Positions 19,682 to 28,469 of a DNA stretch of 64,000 nt are shown in pieces (within the stretch, counting starts at the first letter, position 1; every line of letters begins with the position of its first letter). A program made the position numbers and the translations under genes. The notes below the pieces were generated by a model. That model did not search any database. It had not been told where the DNA came from and was given only the letters and a program-made list of their open reading frames with translations. Source of the stretch: a virus (taxonomy: Duplodnaviria; Caudoviricetes); the IMG/VR virus record IMGVR_UViG_3300028832_000122, positions 17,577 to 81,576 of that record, one strand, 5' to 3'.

Positions 19682-19710
19682 TTGCAAGTTACGTCATCAT
19701 GTGATATAAT
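19682..19710 (+). promoter_or_regulatory. SigA-type promoter related to the one at 18077
   Basis: TTGCAA-17 nt-TATAAT; spacer (ttacg.catcat) and leader (aggcata.a.tgaaag) resemble 18077-18130. Confidence 0.65.
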
Positions 19711-19740
19711 ATAGGCATAGATTGAAAGGAGGTATCCCGC

Positions 19741-20073
19741 ATGGATATCAAAGTTATCAGACGCACGCCCGACCTCATCGAAATCGAGTCAGCTACCCGC
19801 ACGAACAACATCACAACCGACGAACTGAATGCCCTGCTGAAGTTTAATCTGCACGAGCGACTCCGCTCGGAAGTGACCTACGTCGTCGACCACATGATTG
19901 AAGACGAGGACATCGACATGAATGACTACCCGTATTCCTATGAGGAACTGATTGACGAAATCTACATAGACTTCGAGGACAAACTCGACGCCGACGAGAT
20001 CCCGTTCCCCGCTGATGACGACGTATACGACGCCGTCAGCGACCTCATCGACTTCTATGTACTGAATAAGTAA
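19741..20073 (+). CDS. Highly acidic hypothetical protein
   Basis: About 31 D/E in 110 aa by hand count. Confidence 0.7.
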   Translation: MDIKVIRRTPDLIEIESATRTNNITTDELNALLKFNLHERLRSEVTYVVDHMIEDEDIDMNDYPYSYEELIDEIYIDFEDKLDADEIPFPADDDVYDAVSDLIDFYVLNK

Positions 20074-20086
20074 GGAGGAATCAGCA

Positions 20087-20632
20087 ATGGCTAAACTGAC
20101 GAACGTATCCTGTGTGTACACGGGCGGTGGCATCTACGTCTACACCGCCCAATTCAATGACGAGGTTTGGCTCGGCACGGACTTCGACCTCGTCGGCAGT
20201 TACGACACCCCGTGGGAAACCATCACCGACGAACTGAATTGTGATTACGATTCTCATTGGAAAGACCCGTCCGTTCCGTACCCTACATGGGGTGAGATCC
20301 TCGCCTCTGTCTACGAGAACTGCGACTCCGCTACCTACTCTGACGTCGCACGTACCATGGAGTACTACGGGGATATGCTCGGAAAGCGTATCCTTGGCGA
20401 CGACGAACCCGTCAGGCAGGCACGGGACGAGCATTCCGCCCGTTTGGAAATGCTCTGCGACATCATCGAGGTGTTCGAGGACTTCCTCGACGAGAAGGGT
20501 ATCGTCATCCCGAACGACGAGAAGGATCAAGATCCCGACGCTTCCAATATTTACGGCACAGATTACGGCAACCTTGAGAGCAGACTCGAATCGCTGCTCA
20601 TCAGCTTTGGACTCATGAAGGAGGAGAAATAA
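20087..20632 (+). CDS. Acidic hypothetical protein (probably two domains)
   Basis: RBS aaggagga; 'YTGGGIY' N-terminal motif. Confidence 0.65.
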   Translation: MAKLTNVSCVYTGGGIYVYTAQFNDEVWLGTDFDLVGSYDTPWETITDELNCDYDSHWKDPSVPYPTWGEILASVYENCDSATYSDVARTMEYYGDMLGKRILGDDEPVRQARDEHSARLEMLCDIIEVFEDFLDEKGIVIPNDEKDQDPDASNIYGTDYGNLESRLESLLISFGLMKEEK

Positions 20633-20633
20633 C

Positions 20634-20924
20634 ATGGATAACATCAGAACCTACTCCGTCGGCAACGGAGAGATTACGCTCACGGCTCAGGACGCAGAGG
20701 AACTCCGCATTCTGCTTCAGTCAGATTATATGGAGTATGTCATCAATGAACTGATTGATGCCTCGCCGAAAGCATACAAGTTCTATTCCGATAAGGCTCG
20801 TCGTGCTTTCGTAAACAACATGGTTCTTCGTCGCTCCGACATGCGGGACATCGAAGGATGCTTCGAGGAAATGCTCGAGGATTCAATGCTCGAGTACGCC
20901 GAGGATCTCGGCATAAGGGGGTGA
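20634..20924 (+). CDS. Hypothetical protein
   Basis: Coupled to neighbouring ORFs. Confidence 0.6.
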   Translation: MDNIRTYSVGNGEITLTAQDAEELRILLQSDYMEYVINELIDASPKAYKFYSDKARRAFVNNMVLRRSDMRDIEGCFEEMLEDSMLEYAEDLGIRG

Positions 20925-20929
20925 CGCAC

Positions 20930-21682
20930 ATGCTCCACTCCCTTCCACGTGCATACCGCACACCATCCGGTGCAGTATATACCCCGTTCCTCCGCCTTGC
21001 TGAACGTCCGCACCTGCTCATAGCGGGTGCGACGGGAAGCGGTAAGTCCGTCGCTCTGAATGGTATCATTCATTCCATGCTGATGACTCAATCCCCGTTC
21101 AAGTGTCAGTTTGTACTCATCGACCCGAAGAAGGTGGAACTCGTGCAGTATGAATCGATCCCGCACACAGCCCGCTACGCTTCGGATCATCCCGAGATTG
21201 TCCGTGCCCTGCAATGGAGCGTGGAAGAAACTGACCGCAGATTTTCTGCCATGCAGATAGCAGGCGTCAAGGAGTACGACGGTCCGCATCTGTACGTCAT
21301 CATCGACGAACTCGCCGACCTCATGGTTTCCATTAAGAAGGAAACGCTCCCGCTCCTGCAACGCCTCGCACAGATTGGACGTGCTGCCCGTGTCCATGTC
21401 ATCGCCTGCACGCAGAACGTCCTGGCGGTAACAATCCCGACCGTCCTCAAGTGCAATTTCTCGACCATCCTCGGCCTGCGTACATGCAACGCACAACAAT
21501 CCCGCTTCCTCATCGCATCGACAGGATGCGAGATGCTCCCCGATCCGAAGCGTGATGGCAAAGGCTATGGCTTCATTCGGGACGGGGCCGACCTCGAAAA
21601 GCTTCTCATCTATAAGTACCCCGACGACCAGGTCGACGCCGTCATCGACTGGTGGACATCCTCCTCCTGCATCGCATCATGA
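20930..21682 (+). CDS. Stand-alone FtsK/SpoIIIE-family ATPase
   Basis: 'HLLIAGATGSGKS', 'LIDPKKVEL', 'YVIIDELADL', 'QIGRAARVHVIACTQ'; no transmembrane or gamma domain. Confidence 0.9.
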   Translation: MLHSLPRAYRTPSGAVYTPFLRLAERPHLLIAGATGSGKSVALNGIIHSMLMTQSPFKCQFVLIDPKKVELVQYESIPHTARYASDHPEIVRALQWSVEETDRRFSAMQIAGVKEYDGPHLYVIIDELADLMVSIKKETLPLLQRLAQIGRAARVHVIACTQNVLAVTIPTVLKCNFSTILGLRTCNAQQSRFLIASTGCEMLPDPKRDGKGYGFIRDGADLEKLLIYKYPDDQVDAVIDWWTSSSCIAS

Positions 21683-21695
21683 AAGGAGCACAGCA

Positions 21696-22004
21696 ATGAA
21701 GAAAGAACTGAGAGAATATGCCAGGAAGATCCTGGCAGACCATGGGTGCGATGAGTTTTCATACGGCACCACATCAGGCGAACAGATTATGAGCGATCTG
21801 AAGGAAGCATACCCGGACGGCATGGACCATCCGTACATCGACGTCCTCCGCGATGAGGAAGAAGAAGCATACGAAAACCTGCCGGAGTCTATCCAGGAGT
21901 CTGAGCGCGGTGAAACGATGACCGACGCGATTGGCAACCTGGAGGATGCGATCTCTACACTGGAGGACGCTACCAGTTGCCTCAGTGACGCAAAGGGGGA
22001 ATAA
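21696..22004 (+). CDS. Hypothetical acidic protein
   Basis: RBS aaaggag; 'EEEAYENLPESIQESERGE'. Confidence 0.6.
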   Translation: MKKELREYARKILADHGCDEFSYGTTSGEQIMSDLKEAYPDGMDHPYIDVLRDEEEEAYENLPESIQESERGETMTDAIGNLEDAISTLEDATSCLSDAKGE

Positions 22005-22006
22005 CA

Positions 22007-22261
22007 ATGAGTCAGAACAAGCATTACTTTATCAGACGCACATGCCTGCGGACCGGCCGCATTGACTACAAAAAGAACAAGTGTGTCGATGGGTGGGTTA
22101 ACAAAAAGTCTATGTGCTGGCAGTTTTCTCTGACCGGCGCAACGGATCTCGTCAAAGAGTTTCAGCGCCACGCTGACAAAAACGGCAATTTTTATCAGTA
22201 CTTCTACGACCTGGTTGAAGGTACTCTTCCCTACTCCGGCCGCGATCCACACTGCGATTAA
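22007..22261 (+). CDS. Hypothetical protein
   Basis: RBS ggggga; followed by a terminator-like hairpin. Confidence 0.55.
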   Translation: MSQNKHYFIRRTCLRTGRIDYKKNKCVDGWVNKKSMCWQFSLTGATDLVKEFQRHADKNGNFYQYFYDLVEGTLPYSGRDPHCD

Positions 22262-22488
22262 TCCTCTCTCTCTTTCTTGGCCGTCCGGATCCGTTCCGGG
22301 CGGTCTCTTTTTTATACCGTTCTTTATGTCACAAACGAGCGTTTCTGACACGTTTTTGCAAGCTGTCCGTTCCGCTCATATCGCCCGGGTGTTTTCGTAT
22401 CAATATCCGTATCAAAATCATGTTGTCTAATACGTCCGTTTGTGATATAATATAACTACAGAATCATATGAAAGGTGGCAGATGCCAA

Positions 22489-23049
22489 GTGAAAATCGGA
22501 TATGCTCGCGTGTCCACCCAGGACCAGAATCTCGACCGTCAGCTGGATAACCTCCGCGCCGCTGGCTGCGAGAGAATCTTTAACGAGAAGATGACCGGAA
22601 CGAAATCAGACCGGCCGGAGTTGAAGACGATGCTTCTCACTCTGCGGCCGGGAGACGTCCTGGTAATCGATTCGTTCTCGCGCCTCAGCAGATCCACCAA
22701 AGACCTGCTGGATCTCGTAGAGAAACTGACAGCCATGGACGTCCATCTCGTCAGCCTGAAGGAAAACCTGGACACGACCACGGCGACCGGGAAACTGATG
22801 CTTACCATGTTGTCCGCGCTGTCTCAGTTCGAGCGGGATCTCATTGCCGAACGAACCATCGATGGACTGAAGGCCGCTCGTGCTCGTGGCCGGTGCGGAG
22901 GCCGGCCGGTGATCGGAACCGATAAGGACAGGAAGCAGGCGCTTGCGATGTATCGCTCAAACGCCATGACAAATCCGGAGATCGCCGAACGGTTTGGGAT
23001 ATCGTTGTCGACGCTGAACCGGTGGATCAGAAAGGAAAAGCAGGGGTGA
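22489..23049 (+). CDS. Small serine recombinase (resolvase/invertase) with C-terminal HTH
   Basis: 'IGYARVSTQDQNLDRQL', 'SRLSRS', 'FERDLIAERT..GL.AARARGR.GGRP'; upstream TG-TATAAT promoter and res-like inverted repeats. Confidence 0.95.
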   Translation: MKIGYARVSTQDQNLDRQLDNLRAAGCERIFNEKMTGTKSDRPELKTMLLTLRPGDVLVIDSFSRLSRSTKDLLDLVEKLTAMDVHLVSLKENLDTTTATGKLMLTMLSALSQFERDLIAERTIDGLKAARARGRCGGRPVIGTDKDRKQALAMYRSNAMTNPEIAERFGISLSTLNRWIRKEKQG

Positions 23050-23068
23050 TCGTTCCCCTGCTTTTTTT
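23039..23068 (+). terminator. Rho-independent terminator
   Basis: agcagggg-tgatcgtt-cccctgct followed by a T run. Confidence 0.75.
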
Positions 23069-23146
23069 ATTTCACCTTGGAGCAACCTGTCACGTCGTAA
23101 GACTATATATATATTATTTATCCGTAATAGTAGTAATATATATACG

Positions 23147-23713
23147 TCACTCGTCCTCGTCTGGTATCGCTTCGATCAGACGTTGACGTGCTGTGTCCGC
23201 ATCCAGCCCCTGCATCGGGTTGTTCGGTGTCACGACAACGTCCGCTACGTCCTTGTACCCGTACCAGTTCTTTGCGAGGAAGATCGCCGTGGGCGGAGAT
23301 ATCTTTCCGTACGTCATGTAGTCCGTCCACATTTCCTCCATAAAATTGTATGCTTTTTTAATGATGTCGCTGTGCGTATCAGCCCGTGTTACTCCTCTTA
23401 CCCATTCATTCAGCGTATCCCGGCTTATTCCCAGCCAATTGCACATCCCGATGATTTGCGGACGCCGGTCGTTATCTGAGCAGAACTTGAAGTACATACC
23501 TATCCGTTCCCGAACCTGTTCGGGGTCGGAGATATCGATAGGCGGAAGATCCCACGAAGCGAGTGCCCACCGGACGAACCGTGCGTTGTCACCAGGCTGA
23601 ACGTTTCCACCGTCTTCCGACAGTTCCTTCATCCAATCAGAGCCGCGGTTACGTTTCTTTTTCACGACCTGTTCTATCTGTTCGGTTGAGATTATGTTAT
23701 CTTTATCACTCAT
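23147..23713 (-). CDS. Terminase small subunit (P22 gp3-like DNA packaging protein)
   Basis: 'RPQIIGMCNWLGISRDTLNEW', 'AIFLAKNWYGYKD'. Confidence 0.7.
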   Translation of the reverse strand: MSDKDNIISTEQIEQVVKKKRNRGSDWMKELSEDGGNVQPGDNARFVRWALASWDLPPIDISDPEQVRERIGMYFKFCSDNDRRPQIIGMCNWLGISRDTLNEWVRGVTRADTHSDIIKKAYNFMEEMWTDYMTYGKISPPTAIFLAKNWYGYKDVADVVVTPNNPMQGLDADTARQRLIEAIPDEDE

Positions 23714-25151
23714 TGTTCTCGCCTCCATAAGCGTACTTAATGTCCTTCCAATCGAGATCCGCGTACTGTTTTACCTCGGGCCAGAAGTGGGGTTTTGATG
23801 TCGACACGAAGTGTTTAATGATCGGATTGGTGCACGGTTCGGACACGAACGAATCAGAGTAGCGTGACGGCAGACGGCGGATGCGCATATGGCAGAGGTA
23901 ATTAAGCACGTCCTGCTCGAGGTGTTCGTAGTGTTTAGTGTTAATCTCGTCGATTACTTCCTTGTCTTTACCGTCCTCGGAGAATTTCTTGAGGTTCATG
24001 AGCATGACGCCTGCGTTGAAGTACGGGCGGAGTGTGTGGTTGTGGTTGCGTACCTCTTCAACGGCAGCGAAGTAGCGGTGTGTGATATCCGTTGTCCACA
24101 GGTCGGATATATCATCGACGACGACGGTATCAGGATCCAGCCACAGGACTTTCTCGACGTAGAGCGGGAGGATGCGAGTCAGACCTGCTCGAAGGGTTGT
24201 CATAGTACCGTACCATGCCATGATATTCGGGCCGTTTGCGGGGAAGATAGTCTGGTTTGTGACGTTAATGCATTCTATCACAGGCGGGAGCGGTCCGTAC
24301 TTTGACGGGAGAGTGTCGCCGTCGATGAGGAAGAAGACTTTGTCGATGTGCGTGTGATACAGCAGGGATTTTGCCGCGGACACCATCATATCGTAGACTC
24401 TGCGGTCGCCAGCGTACACGACGTAGCGTGGTTCGGGCGTGGTATGTGTGAGCCAGTACTGCACCTCACCCATATCAGACCAGTCATCGAGTCCTGCAAA
24501 GTGCTTAATGATGGTACGTTTCGGGTTGCCGGTGACATCAAACGTCTGCTTTGTGACATTGTAGTCAGGCGGAAGCGGGTCGAAACGGTTACCGCAGATT
24601 TTAACGAATGCGTCCTGCTCGGGGTAGGCGTGGTAGCGTGTGTTTACTTCTGCGATTATCTCTTCGTCCTTGCCGGATGAACGGAGTTTGTTAAGGTTCA
24701 GCATAGCCACGCCGAAGTTCGGGTACGGAATCCCGCGAAGCTGTGAACCACGAGGCTCGACGACGGCTGCGAAGTATGCGTGTGAGAGATCCCACTCCCA
24801 AAGCGGGGATATGTCAGCGCACACGATTGTGTCGACGTCGAGGATGACAGCCTTGTCCGCATCGGGGAAGATCTTTGTGAGCGCGGTCTTAAGGAGGATC
24901 ATGTACGAGTACTTTGTGTTGTAGCACGGTCCGTCCTGGGGGAAGAGCGTCTGTCCTGTGACGTTGACGCATGTGACCTGTGGCGGGGTTTTAACGGGGA
25001 GTTTATCGTGCTCAATGAAGCAGTACACGTGGACATCTGGAGTGTATGCAAGCAGGGAGTTGTATGCTGCCGGAAGCACGCCGTACAGGGTCTGAGTGCA
25101 GAAGTACGACACGATTTTCTCGCCTGGTTGCGTGTGGATTACGGGAATCAT
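23706..25151 (-). CDS. Tandem double GT8-family glycosyltransferase
   Basis: Two copies of 'L(D/W)xDT(I/V)V..DIS.LW.....YFAAV.E', 'NxGV.xxNL', 'EQD.xxN/V' and 'I.HF'. Confidence 0.9.
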   Translation of the reverse strand: MIPVIHTQPGEKIVSYFCTQTLYGVLPAAYNSLLAYTPDVHVYCFIEHDKLPVKTPPQVTCVNVTGQTLFPQDGPCYNTKYSYMILLKTALTKIFPDADKAVILDVDTIVCADISPLWEWDLSHAYFAAVVEPRGSQLRGIPYPNFGVAMLNLNKLRSSGKDEEIIAEVNTRYHAYPEQDAFVKICGNRFDPLPPDYNVTKQTFDVTGNPKRTIIKHFAGLDDWSDMGEVQYWLTHTTPEPRYVVYAGDRRVYDMMVSAAKSLLYHTHIDKVFFLIDGDTLPSKYGPLPPVIECINVTNQTIFPANGPNIMAWYGTMTTLRAGLTRILPLYVEKVLWLDPDTVVVDDISDLWTTDITHRYFAAVEEVRNHNHTLRPYFNAGVMLMNLKKFSEDGKDKEVIDEINTKHYEHLEQDVLNYLCHMRIRRLPSRYSDSFVSEPCTNPIIKHFVSTSKPHFWPEVKQYADLDWKDIKYAYGGENNE

Positions 25152-26119
25152 GTGTTCACCTCCTCTATCAGTTTACATATGCGTTCACAGGCATGTCCGT
25201 CGAGCGATGCATCGGCTACGGTACGCAGGCAAGCCTTCTCTGTTTCAGTGAGGCCGTCGGCAGTGCGGAGCAGTGTGATGAGTTCTGCTTCCGTCCGTGC
25301 GTAGCGGGAAGAGTAGAACGCAGGGTACGGGAAGTACATACCGCGTGTCTGGAGGTAGCCTGGGTTCTTCTCGAACAGGACAACGGGCTTGCGGAGGATG
25401 TATGCATCGAACATCACGGAAGAGTAGTCGGTGATGACGACGTCTGCATCGTAGAGGTACGGGGCTGAAGGTTCGTCCCCGGGGACTGCGATGATGTGCC
25501 TGTACTGACTGTCGATAACTTTCCTCGACACGTACTGGTAGTACCACGGGTGCGGTTTGAACACGAACATCTCGTCGTCAGACAGGATACTGTCGATATA
25601 GTCAAGGTCGATGTATGGTAAAGGTGTTTCACCTTTGTCCCTGAACGTTGGCACATAGAGGTACGCACGCTTGCAGGAGAGAGGTGTGTGCCCGTCACCT
25701 TTATGTTTTCCGACGTACTGGTCAGTACGTGGCATTCCAAGCGGAAGGATCCTGTCATGTGGGACAAGCGTGCAACTCTCCCATATGCCGATTGTACCCG
25801 TTCCGGCTGACACGATGTAAGTTATCCTGTCTGCTACGGACGGGTGGTAGTACGGCGTACCTGGCTGATCCATACCGCAACACTTGCTTCCGTGGATTCC
25901 GTGACCGATGACGATGCATTTGCCGGGAGTGTAAGCTGGAAAGTCATCTATCACCATCAGGTCATACCGTCCGGATGTTACCTGTTCGCGGTAGTCGTCG
26001 TCATAGGAATGAATCAGTTGCTTGTCACCGTCGTATGCTTCATAGATGGCACGCAGGTTTTCAGCACGCTCGATTGGACGGAAGCATGAGAACAGCACAG
26101 GCTTAGGCATCGTTGTCAT
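25148..26119 (-). CDS. CDP-glycerol glycerophosphotransferase family (TagB/TagF-like)
   Basis: 'HG..G.K..G', 'LGMPRTD', 'LYVPTFR', 'KPHP', 'ADVVITDYSSVMFD..L.KPV'. Confidence 0.9.
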   Translation of the reverse strand: MTTMPKPVLFSCFRPIERAENLRAIYEAYDGDKQLIHSYDDDYREQVTSGRYDLMVIDDFPAYTPGKCIVIGHGIHGSKCCGMDQPGTPYYHPSVADRITYIVSAGTGTIGIWESCTLVPHDRILPLGMPRTDQYVGKHKGDGHTPLSCKRAYLYVPTFRDKGETPLPYIDLDYIDSILSDDEMFVFKPHPWYYQYVSRKVIDSQYRHIIAVPGDEPSAPYLYDADVVITDYSSVMFDAYILRKPVVLFEKNPGYLQTRGMYFPYPAFYSSRYARTEAELITLLRTADGLTETEKACLRTVADASLDGHACERICKLIEEVNT

Positions 26120-26456
26120 TCTCCTTCCGCTCGAGGAATCCGCACTCTTCCATCACGGTACGATTTGCACGGCGGATCACCATCCAAATGACCTTCGCAG
26201 GGATATTGTTCTTGAGGCTGTAGTCCTCGACGGCGTATTGGTCATCGCCCCAGCGTGTGGTGAAGTACATCTGCAGGATATCCTGATCAGACTTCACGAA
26301 GTCCTTGAGGTAGACATGATTGCAGATGGCATAGATACGTTGCTCGGGCAGTGTGAGTTTATCCCAATTGAATCCGTCACGCTGCATGGCGAAGTAAGTA
26401 CGCCACATGTGGTTGGATACGCCTCTCCACCACTCAATGTTCTTCATCGGTATCAC
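26103..26456 (-). CDS. Hypothetical protein (possible late activator-like)
   Basis: Coupled to the TagF-like gene; helical C-terminus. Function is a guess. Confidence 0.5.
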   Translation of the reverse strand: MIPMKNIEWWRGVSNHMWRTYFAMQRDGFNWDKLTLPEQRIYAICNHVYLKDFVKSDQDILQMYFTTRWGDDQYAVEDYSLKNNIPAKVIWMVIRRANRTVMEECGFLERKENDNDA

Positions 26457-26593
26457 CTTCCTTCCCTTGTGCGTACTCCTCGAGCCTGTCCGCGGCTTCC
26501 GTGAGGAGTTTAAGCCTGTCCCGGGTAAGCATCCCGCCTGCTGACGCCATCAGACGCAGGCGTGAGATTATCTTATCCGTAGGCAGACGTGGT

Positions 26594-27250
26594 TTACTGT
26601 TCATTCGCATTCCCCCTTTGCCTGTATGCCAGGAAGTCTTTCTCCGTGTACACGTACGGCCCGATGTGACCGCATGACACACGGCTGTCACACCATATCG
26701 GATACCCGAGCTGGTTTACCCGATGGCAGAAGGCAATGTCTTCCCCTGCCCACGGGAGCGGGCTGAATGCAGGTCCGCACTCATCCCACACCGCCTTCAG
26801 CAGTTTCACGGATGTAAGCACGACGCCAAACCCGCAACCTTTTACCTTGAACAGCGTGTCCCTGGGGAAGTCATCGTAGTTGTGTATCTTCCCTATCTTT
26901 TTCCCGTTCTCATCAAGGTATGGTTCTTCGAGAACGTCATAGATTACAGGCGAGTACGGAGGCCGGCGCTTGAAGTACACACCTGTGACCATGTCTGCGT
27001 TAAGTTTGTCCATGTCTTCCATGAGCAGTTTCATGGTTGACTTCGTGAACATCATGTCCGAATCAAACCACATCACCCTGTCGTATCCCTGTGTGATAGC
27101 ATTGATACTGATGAGATTCCGGCTGTCATACACGAGCGAGTTCGCCTGTTGGTTCACGAACACGTTATCACCCTTCTCAAGGTAGAGCAGGGACGTCTGA
27201 AACCCGACAGGCACGTCATCCATGCATGGGATTGCAATCATTGTCTTCAT
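26594..27250 (-). CDS. GT2-like glycosyltransferase (paralogue of 7215-7862)
   Basis: 'MIAIP', 'SRNLI', 'WFDSD' (DXD), 'GCGFGVVL', 'GEDIAFC', 'VSCGHIG'. Confidence 0.8.
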   Translation of the reverse strand: MKTMIAIPCMDDVPVGFQTSLLYLEKGDNVFVNQQANSLVYDSRNLISINAITQGYDRVMWFDSDMMFTKSTMKLLMEDMDKLNADMVTGVYFKRRPPYSPVIYDVLEEPYLDENGKKIGKIHNYDDFPRDTLFKVKGCGFGVVLTSVKLLKAVWDECGPAFSPLPWAGEDIAFCHRVNQLGYPIWCDSRVSCGHIGPYVYTEKDFLAYRQRGNANEQ

Positions 27251-27261
27251 GATTTCTGTCC

Positions 27262-27580
27262 TTTCTGCGTGTTTTGTTACGGTGTCGCACGTTTTGTTAC
27301 GGTGTCACTTTGAAATCCGTAACAAGCAAGAGCGTTGATTTATAAGGCTTACAGGATTTTTGTTACGGATGTTACGGATGTTACGGTGTGAAAATACCTA
27401 TTACGCGCGCGAGCACGCGTGCCTTGAATTCGGATTTCACAAAATATACGTCCAATATATAGGGTGTATGTCCGAAAAATCCGTAACATCCGTAACAAGG
27501 TACCTCAACTCCTTATGTTTCAAGGCTTCCGCTTGTTACGAACCACCGTAACAAGCCACTAACATCCGTAACAAGGTCAG
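27262..27580. repeat. Iteron-like repeats; putative replication origin
   Basis: About ten TGTTACG/CGTAAC(A) copies in both orientations in a non-coding gap downstream of the helicase gene. Confidence 0.65.
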
Positions 27581-27586
27581 GGAAGG

Positions 27587-27979
27587 TCAGTCTGATAATT
27601 TATAATCGAACCATCCGCTGATGATGTTCTGCGGGTAGAAGATAATTTCGTATTTGTATTTGCTGACTTCTTTTGTTTCGATCTGCTCGACGATATACGT
27701 CGTGTCCTGCGAGAGGTGGGCATAGTTCAGAACGTATTCGCCAGGGGCCTTTTCAATGGTGATATTCAGGTCGCCGTCCTTGTCCACGTCAATGGACAGC
27801 AGGCCGGTAATCTGCATCATAGCCTTGTCCGTACGCGTGTTCATGACGGTTATCCTTCTGCGAACGTTGAACTCTTCCGCCTCACGCTTGAGGTTGTACG
27901 TGACCTTATCCGACTGCGAGCAGGCGGACATCACAAACAGGAATGCAATCAGAATTGCGAAGACCAAAGAACGTTTCAT
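27587..27979 (-). CDS. Putative lipoprotein
   Basis: Basic N-terminus, hydrophobic stretch and lipobox-like 'MSAC'. Confidence 0.7.
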   Translation of the reverse strand: MKRSLVFAILIAFLFVMSACSQSDKVTYNLKREAEEFNVRRRITVMNTRTDKAMMQITGLLSIDVDKDGDLNITIEKAPGEYVLNYAHLSQDTTYIVEQIETKEVSKYKYEIIFYPQNIISGWFDYKLSD

Positions 27980-28149
27980 ACAGAATCCTCCTATTAATTA
28001 CTTCACATAAATGATTCCTTTGGCTGCGTATTGCCTTTGGAAATCATTCAGCATTCGCTGACCAAGTCTGTGCCAGCGTGCTTTCTTATATGACTTCCGA
28101 TAAATCTTCCATATGATTTTGCCATATGACGTCACGATAATAACCATGT

Positions 28150-28456
28150 TTAGCCTCCACCAGTCGGGTAATTATTCCTGATGACCGTCACAATTGCGTA
28201 GTTATATGCACGTTCACGGGCAAGATCCTTTTCAAGTTTCAGGTTTTGCTGGATGAGTTCAGAGTTTTCAATCCTCATCTTGTTCATATCTTTCTCAAAC
28301 TTATCTTCGATAAACGCCAAAGCGTCAAGCATCAGATACGAATCGCAGCTGATCTCCTTAGTTGACGAGCCATAGTACGGGCAGTTATCGCATCCGTTGT
28401 TGGATGAGTGAATGCAATGTCGCAATCCTTCGGCTACATTTTTTAATTCTCTCATG
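28150..28456 (-). CDS. Cys-containing hypothetical protein
   Basis: Start at MRELKNV; 'HC...GCDNCPY...C'. Confidence 0.55.
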
Positions 28457-28469
28457 CTGTACCTCTCTT

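Noticed and set aside
23090-23145. AT-rich (TA)n stretch as a repeat element or origin
   Set aside because: It is short and low-complexity, lying between convergent gene ends; more likely a terminator/spacer region.
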